Assembly (NCBI GenBank): GCA_951406725.2
Contig: OX597814.1
Coordinates: 195,548,001 to 195,612,000 of the forward strand
DNA: 64,000 nt
Reading direction: 5' to 3'
Source of the DNA: Octopus vulgaris
Lineage: Eukaryota
Shown here: positions 56,314-64,000 of the stretch, piece after piece
Layout of the letters: each line of letters starts with the position of its first letter
Position numbering within the stretch: position 1 is the stretch's first letter
Made by a program: the position numbers and the translations under genes
The notes under the pieces: generated by a model
Seen by the model: only the letters and a program-made list of their open reading frames with translations
What the model was told of the DNA's origin: nothing
Databases searched by the model: none

Positions 56314-56501
56314 TCCTTTGGCCTAACGAGCTGAGTATGTTATGAATATACTGTCATATTAAGAGGGTGAAGTTGTTTTCCAGTGACAGACACAACAGCG
56401 ACTAGCATATTTTCCGTTTGATTCTGCTGGAATATCAAGAATAGATAAGCAAATCATCGTATCTTAATAGTCTTATTTATTTGGGCATTGTAAAGATTAC
56501 C

Positions 56502-56533
<32 letters not shown>

Positions 56534-56541
56534 TGTATGTA

Positions 56542-56588
<47 letters not shown>

Positions 56589-56655
56589 ATATCTATCTAT
56601 ATCTATACACACACACACACACTCACACACACACACACACACACACGCACGCACG

Positions 56656-56731
<76 letters not shown>

Positions 56732-56732
<1 letters not shown>

Positions 56733-56888
56733 AATTATAATTTAGGGTAACTATGAGATACCACCACGCTGGAAATAGCAGTCAAACCTTGACTCCTGGT
56801 GCTGTATGAACATTTAATGTAGTTTTAGAGTCAAGTTTTGACTGCTATTTCCAGCGTGGTATCTCTTAGATACCCTAAATTCTAATTT
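56732..56888. repeat. About 157-bp hairpin (MITE-like or fold-back)
   Basis: Arms of about 63 bp (AATTTAGGGTA...CTTGACTC / GAGTCAAG...TACCCTAAATT). Confidence 0.8.
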
Positions 56889-56959
56889 TAAATGATTATT
56901 ACCTGTGAAAGGTTCTTATTCCCATGCTGGCCACCTGATAAGCTCGGTATTTAAATGTC

Positions 56960-57135
56960 GATCACGCGGAGTAGATGAAACAGAGGTGACTGAAGAAGGG
57001 GAAATCTTCCGTGTGTTATATGTCCTGTACTCTATTTTTTCGTTGTTTAAGAAAAATGTCCATTTCCTTGGTTTTGTGTTTATGTTTTCGTTTCTCATTG
57101 TGTTCGACGTTTTTTTGGTGTCCTGTACCCATATA
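56960..57135 (+). mobile_element. Family G repeat, 3' part
   Basis: ACGCGGAGTAGATGAAACAG...CTGAAGAAGGGGA...GTCCTGTACCCATATATG. Confidence 0.65.
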
Positions 57136-57209
57136 TGCATGTATATATACAAGTAGATGTAGGTACGTACATATATGTATGTATATATGCATGTTTTATT
57201 TATTAATTT

Positions 57210-57260
<51 letters not shown>

Positions 57261-57263
<3 letters not shown>

Positions 57264-57651
57264 TTATATATAAAAGAAAGGTTGTGTGTCTGTCTACTCC
57301 GATTTAGATTCCTAACTACTCCCACATTTTGCGGTGCAGTTTAACCAAAACCGGGTATCTTATAGTCGTTATTCATATCAAGCTCTTCTGGGTATTAACG
57401 CGCGTCTACGATGAGTCTACGATTTAAAAAATAATTTACCATCATTGTTTTCCATTTTAATGCATATTTTTTTAATATAAGGGAAGTAACTCTCTAAAAA
57501 TGTCTACGATGAGTCAACGATTTAAAAAAATATTACCATCATTTTTTTCTCATTTTAATGCATTTTTTGCTATTTTTTGGCTATAACTCTCTAAAAATGA
57601 TTTATAGTTATTTCCCTTACAAACCCGAGCAACGCCGGGCGATACTGCTAG
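57261..57651 (+). mobile_element. Non-autonomous Helitron
   Basis: A|TC...CCCGAGCAACGCCGGG-CGATACTG-CTAG|T; internal tandem duplication of about 90-100 bp. Confidence 0.85.
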
Positions 57652-57877
57652 TATATATATAAACAACCCAAAAGCAAGTGAATAAACTGTATGTATATGC
57701 ACTTCATGAAATTACATCGTGGTAGGGGTATTTTGATTCGTCTAAATCACACGAAAATGATCACTTTGCAATCATGTGGATTCGGGTTCAATTCTAATAC
57801 GTGACACCTTGGGATAAGTAGAGCTGACCAATGCCTTTTGAGTAAATTTTGAAAACGAAAACTGCATGGAAGTCCGT

Positions 57878-57925
<48 letters not shown>

Positions 57926-57928
57926 CAC

Positions 57929-57976
<48 letters not shown>

Positions 57977-58044
57977 CTATTCTTTTATTCATTTATTTGT
58001 TTCAGTAATATGACTGCGACCATGCTGGAGCACTGCTTTTTGTC

Positions 58045-58111
<67 letters not shown>

Positions 58112-58190
58112 GTAGTAAGCACATAAATGTGAACAAAGGTCGAAAGAAGAGTGCTCAAATATCAGAAGTAGAGTAATATGCCTTTAAAAA

Positions 58191-58260
<70 letters not shown>

Positions 58261-58390
58261 ATTATTATTTTTAATTCTCTCAAAGAGAGATATTCAGTAA
58301 CAATTTCCTGGAAGGGACGATTGCTACTGTTGTTTAGCCCCAGGAAACATCTTTTCCAGTTGGCTATACGACACCATATCTGTGTCTTTA
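58261..58390 (-). mobile_element. Diverged, truncated relative of the 361-bp retrozyme unit
   Basis: Collinear blocks AATTCTCT.AAAGAGA, CAGTAAC, AAGGGAC, TACTGTTG..TTTAGCCCCAGG, AACATC, GACACC..GTGTC. Confidence 0.6.
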
Positions 58391-58756
58391 TATATATATA
58401 TATATGTATATTTGTCTTTCAGCTTGTGTTTATTCTCGACAACCAGTGTACTATTGCAATTTCACTGCAATCAGCTGCAGTGAAACCACTTCAGCGATCA
58501 AGTCAAAGTTAATCGACGAATGTTTTAACCTCTTTGACCGTTGTGGCCAATTTAAGAAATCAGCAAAGAAAATATTGTTAAGCATTAAAGGAAGCATTTA
58601 TATCAGTTCTAATAAATTTGGGACTCATTTGACACGTACAAGAGCTGTATTGAATACTGCTTTTGCCGTGAAGAACGTTTCCCGCTTTAGACAACAGGTG
58701 CTGAAGAATACCAACGGTCATTTCAAGGTATCATCTCTCGGCAGAACTCTCTCTTC

Positions 58757-59165
58757 ACTCTTTTCTCTTGTACCTGTTTCAGTCATTTGGCTGTGGCCAT
58801 GCTGGAGCACCACCTTTTGTCAAGCAGATCGACCCCAGGACTTATACTTCGTAAGCCTAGTACTTATTCTATCGGTCTCTTTTGCCGAACCTCTAAGTTT
58901 CGAGGACGTAAACACACCAGCATCGGTTGTCAAGCGAAGTAGGGAGGGAGGGGACAAACACAGACGCAAACATACACATACACATACATATATATATACA
59001 TATATACGACGGGCTTCTTTCAGTTCCCGTCTATCAAATCCACTCACAAGGCTTTGGTCGGCCCGAGGCTATTGTAGAAGACACTTGCCGAAGGTGCCAC
59101 GCAGTGAGACTGAACCCGGAACCATGTGATTGTTAAGCAAGCAACTTTCCACACAGCCACTCCTA
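58757..59165 (-). mobile_element. SINE family B
   Basis: Near full-length match. Confidence 0.85.
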
Positions 59166-59310
59166 CTGTTTAATGTATTTCTAATTACTTGGTTATCGTC
59201 AACACCGTGTCCTGCAAGAGAGACAACTCTGAAGTGGCACTAGAAATACTTATTTCCTTCATGTAAACTTGCATCAAACATTGAGATCAGCATAATTATT
59301 ACTATAATCT

Positions 59311-60180
59311 AAGGCGTGTAGGTGGCAGAATTGTTAGGATAGACGCAGGAGTGGCTGTGTGGTAAGTAGCTTGCTAACCAACCACATGGTTCCGGGTTCA
59401 GTTCCACTGCGTGGCATCTTGGGCAAGTGTCTTCTGCTGTAGCCCCGGGCCGACCAATGCCTTGTGAGTGGATTTGGTAGACGGAAACTGAAAGAAGCCT
59501 GTCGTATATATGTATATATATGTATATGTATGTGTGTGTATGTGTTTGTGTGTTTGTGTTTGTCTCCCTAGCATTGCTTGACAATCGATGCTGGTGTGTT
59601 TACGACCCGTCACTTAGCGGTTCGGCAAAAGAGACCGATAGAATAAGTACTGGGCTTACAAAGAATAAGTCCCGGGGTCGATTTGCTCGACTAAAAGGCG
59701 GTGCTCCAGCATGGCCGCAGTCAAATGACTGAAACAAGTAAAAGAGAAAAGAGAATACCGGGCAAAATACTTAGCGGTACTTCGTCTCTCTTTACATTCT
59801 GGGTTCAAATTCTGCCGAGGTCGACTTTGCCTTTCATCCTTTCGGGGTCGATAAATTAAGTAGCAGTTACACACTGGGGTCGATGTAATCGACTTAATAC
59901 CTTTGTCTGTCTTTGTTTGTCCCGTCTATATTTAGCCCCTTGTGGGTAATAAAGAAATATATAATGTAAGGCGTGTCTCTGGCAGAATCGTTAGGATACC
60001 TGGCAAAATGCTTAGCGGTACTTCGTCTCTCTTACGTTCTGGGTTCAAATTCCGCCGAGGTCGACTTTGCCTTTCATTCTATCGAGGTCGATTAAATAAG
60101 TAGCAGTTGAGCACTGAGGTCGATATAATCGACTTACCTCCTGTCCCGAAATTGCTTGCCTTGTGTCAAAATTTGAAACC
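59311..60180 (+). mobile_element. Nested SINEs: family B (59342-59754) inside family A (59311-59959), followed by another family A (59968-60180)
   Basis: The family A head is interrupted after GTTAGGATA and resumes at ACCGGGCAAAATAC. Confidence 0.8.
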
Positions 60181-61060
60181 AAGATTAGTACAAGGCCACA
60201 GATCTTGGGGCAAGTTATAATCGATTACTTGTTTGAGGCTGATTTTATAAAACCTAGTATTTAACTGATACTTATATTGATTCTAGTATAACTAATGTTC
60301 ATTTTAACAACCCTGGAAGGTTCGAAAGGAAAGTCAACCCTAGCGAGGTTTGAACTGAGAACGTCAGGAGCCATAGCTAAATATTGCAAAGCGTTTCTCT
60401 CAACGCTCTAACAATTGAGCTATGGAAGTATGAAGAGTAGAAGCTGTAGTGGTTGTAGTAACGGTTATGGCGGTGATAAATGTGTCAAAATAATTGATTT
60501 TCTAATTTGTGTTAAACCACCATTAAAGATAGCGCCGTCTTCGTTCCTTCACGTGTATTTCGTGTCAATTTAATTAGAAGTCACTTTTCCATTTTCGAAC
60601 CCGTTTCGACTTGGAAGAATCGTTGAATATTTTATAAGCTCTGAAGAAGACATCATCTTACTGTAAATATAGTTGGAAGAATAGTAAATACAATGTTCAG
60701 GCGACTAAAGTTGCAAAGCAACAAGTTTATCTTTCAGCCAACACCATTACTGGCTCATTTTACAGTCTGTTGCAGCAGTACTCTCCCCCGTTAACACGAT
60801 ATTTTATTTTAGTAGTTCTTTCATTTATTTAACAGAAGAAAAAAAATGTATATAATAAATGAATAAAGTGAGATTATCTCAGAGTTCGTTTTGATTGAGG
60901 AATGAAATAAAAGAAGAATCTATCTTCTCTCATTTTTTCTCTTTTTACTAAAACATCCATCTATTTATCGCGAAATCATATATTTACCTTAAACTGAAGA
61001 GAAGGAAAAACTTAAGCCGGAGTGGAAGGAGGGGAAAGAGAAAGCGAGGGAGCAAGCGAG

Positions 61061-61101
<41 letters not shown>

Positions 61102-61391
61102 GGAGAACAAGTACAACAACAATAACAATATCAAAAATACAAAAAAACAGCATGAAAAAATAATAATGGTTGTTGAAACATTTAACTAATGCTGGAGTGT
61201 TACAACGCGTTGGGGAGGAGTTGTCCTAGAGTTTGCTATTTTCTATTCGTTATAGAATCAGTATAATTGATTGGAGAGAAGATAATGTGCTGGAATGTCG
61301 TTCCCATTTAGCTTTGTTGTTATTGTTGTTATTTTTTTTAGCCCCAGGTGAGCCATGATTAAGCGTACAGAAGAATAAACCTAACAAGTAT

Positions 61392-61557
61392 GCGCAGGCG
61401 TGACTGTGTGGTAAGAAGTTTGTTTTCCGACCGCATGGTTCCGGGTTCAGTCCCACTGAATGGCACCTTGGATAAGCGTGTAATACTATAGCGTCGGCCC
61501 GACCGAAGCCTTGCTTATGAGTGGATTTGGTAGACGGAAACTGAAAGAAGCCAGTCG
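61392..61557 (+). mobile_element. SINE family B, 5' half
   Basis: Head match. Confidence 0.8.
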
Positions 61558-61730
61558 TGATCGCTAGAGACTACACATTCTTTATTTTCTCTCCTTGTTT
61601 CTTTCTGTGTTCCTTTCTGTAGGCTCGAAACATTAAAGACTTTTTCCCTTTCCGAGCGTGAAACTAATACATCTGTTTGTTGTCTACACCACCTGTCTTC
61701 GTCTTTTGTTTTTTTGTGAATTCTCCCCTA
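61558..61730 (+). mobile_element. Family F repeat with HHR core deleted (GTAG-to-GTAG deletion)
   Basis: CTTTCTGTAGGCTCGAAACATTAAAG versus CTTTCTGTAGAAGAGCGTAGGCTCGAAACGTTAAAG. Confidence 0.75.
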
Positions 61731-61784
<54 letters not shown>

Positions 61785-61865
61785 CCAGTATATGTGTATG
61801 TATGTATGTATGTATATATATATACATATATATACCGAACAAAATGTCAAAATGTGACCGCGTGT

Positions 61866-62046
61866 GTACCGTTGGTGATTTTTTTCCTCCGTCTTCCCTT
61901 CTCTGGATCTTTCCTTTTCCTATGTTTCTGATGAAGAGCTCCGCTCGAAACGTTAAATCCTCCTTCTTCCCTTCCTTCCTGAGCGTCCAATAATACTATA
62001 TTTGTTCCACGTCCTCGCGTTGTTGTGTTTTCATATTTGGATTAAT
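61866..62046 (+). mobile_element. Family E HHR repeat (HHR at 61924-61958)
   Basis: GTTT-CTGATGA-A-GAGC-TCC-GCTC-GAAA-CG-TT-AAAT. Confidence 0.8.
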
Positions 62047-62963
62047 TGCGAATCCTCTGTACCCCAGGATGGTTCAGCTCTCCACTCGTTAAAAAAGCCA
62101 CCGTTTACAGAATGAGGATAACAATGTAGCTTTCGCGCCCGTGCAACATCCAGTCTATCGCGTGTGGTGGGTGGATCTTCAAGTTGCCACACGCATTCTT
62201 AGTAGCTTAGATTAGGGTCGAATTAGAGATTATTCTTTGTGGCTAATGGTGTGAGTTCTGACTGGAAAAAGAAGAAGAAGAAGAAGAAGAAGAAGAACTA
62301 CTGCACAGACACGCATAGCACTTAATATAGCACTAATAAGAAGACGCTTTCACAACTGTGAAGTTTTGTCTAAAAGTGAGAAGCTCTATACATATTAACT
62401 GAATAGCTGAGGAGATATAACGACACACATAGAGACTTGCATTATCTAAGTCACAAATTAATACACTACGACGCATTCTTAATGGTGTATTTACCTATCT
62501 GTCAGGCCACAGAAAATATTTCACCTGCAATATACAGTCAAGTGGTTAAATAGCTCACACTCAAACGGTGAAACATGAGATTGATTGGGGACTAACATAT
62601 TTAATTTAGCGAGCCTGAACATGTTTAATCACAATTACACCAGTATGGAAGAGGAAAATTCACTTGTTGCGTTGATGAATTCTTGTGAGAAAAAAAAAAG
62701 TGAGGTAGGTAATTCCATGATCCAAATTAATTGGAAATTGAATTGGATCCTGGAGTGGTGGAATGAAGAAGGTATTCTTGTGATGAAATATAAAATTTGA
62801 AGGAAGCTGAATTCAGTTATATTCTAACATTCCTGATATCTTTGGTAGTTTCGCTAATTTTATTAATTACAGAACCCTATTAATACTAATTCAAGCTCTA
62901 ATTTAAGCTCTTTGTCTATATTAGACCTGTGGTTATTGAGGAAGAAGCTGAGATAATAATCGT

Positions 62964-63343
62964 GGCACTCCGTCGGTTACGACGATGAAGGTTCCAGTTC
63001 ATATGATCAATGGAACAGCCTGCTCGTGAAATTAACATGCAAGTGGCTGAGCACTCCACAGATACGTCTACCCTTAACGTAGTTCTCAGGGAGATTTAGC
63101 GTGACACAGAGTGTGACAAGGCTGGCCCTTTGAAATACAGGTACAACAGAAACAGGAAGAAAGAGTGAGAGAAAGTTGTGGTGAAAGAGTACAGCAGGGT
63201 TCGCCACTACCCCCTGTCGGAGCCTCGTGGAATTTTAGGTATTTTCGCTCAATAAACACTCAGAACGCTCAGTTGGGGAATCGAAACCGCGATACTATGA
63301 CCACGAGTCCGCTGCCCTAACCACTGGGTCATTGCGCCTCCAC
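62964..63343 (-). mobile_element. SINE family C, full length
   Basis: Near-identical to 34646-35024. Confidence 0.85.
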
Positions 63344-63717
63344 TGAAACGATAATAAAATGCTGTGTTAAATGAGTTGCAATAATTAGTTTTGTCGATGG
63401 GGCTAACTTTACCTTTCATCTGCCCATCTCTCCACAAAAGCTGTGACTTTCTGTCAACAAAAGAAATCCATATTCTCTCTCTGTATCTGGCAAACAGCCG
63501 TAATAAATTCAATCTCCCAGGGAGCCAAATCTGAGATTCAGTTTCAAATCCTTGTTCCGGCCACTAAGCTTTACGTATTTTCTCGGTGAACATCACAACG
63601 TTATTTCGTTTCTGTATTTGGTTTGCAAGGTTCTTGATGTGAATTCGCGTGTTCAAACAAATTTTGTTTGCAAATAATAAAACAACACACACACAGGTTC
63701 AATTCCACTTCTTTATT

Positions 63718-64000
63718 GTTAGTCAACTGATTAAATGTCTAACCAACTAATCGATCGTTTGTTTAATATGTTGGTTAAACAACCAATAGATTGTTTGTTT
63801 GTTTGTCAGTCAAATTCCTTTCGTCGCTCTTCGCGATCTTTTCAGTGACTTGGTGACTTCTCTTCTCGTTTCAAGGTGTGCAACGAAAGAACTTTCACAA
63901 ACAAACAAAGAAACAAACAAGCAACAACCGATGGATTGTGTAGCTAACACATGAAACAAACGATCGATTAGTTAGTTAGATATTTACCCAATTGGCTAAC
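63718..64000. repeat. Imperfect inverted repeat (MITE-like), may extend past the window
   Basis: AACTAATCGATCGTTTGTTT versus AAACAAACGATCGATTAGTT; arms about 90-100 bp. Confidence 0.7.

Noticed and set aside
60590-60680. CTGAAGAAGAC..GTAAATATAG and a reverse-strand GTCGAAACGGGTTC
   Set aside because: Several core changes would be needed; not distinguishable from chance by eye

Overview
AT-rich eukaryotic non-coding DNA dominated by microsatellites ((TA)n, (CA)n, (TCTA)n, (TAA)n) and interspersed repeats. The repeat landscape suggests an octopus or other coleoid cephalopod (inference from SINE sequences I recall, not verified). Nearly all ORFs in the supplied track are microsatellite translation artefacts, and no intact host gene is visible, only two candidate exons. 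Recognisable content: three tRNA-derived SINE families, decayed LINE fragments (Tx1/L1, R4/Dong, RTE, CR1/L2-like), a Penelope-like (PLE) fragment and four Helitrons. Main discovery: at least 13 type I hammerhead-ribozyme (HHR) motifs or remnants from about 7 sequence families, mostly in short non-coding elements next to (TA)n and sometimes in fold-back arrangements. The best example (1128-2175) is a structured 361-bp tandem unit with an HHR, arranged as two inverted multimeric arms between a candidate 12-bp target-site duplication. One arm ends 4-5 nt from the predicted self-cleavage site, which fits a retrozyme (circular or multimeric ribozyme RNA) mobilised by PLE reverse transcriptase. Repeat boundaries were read by eye and are approximate.
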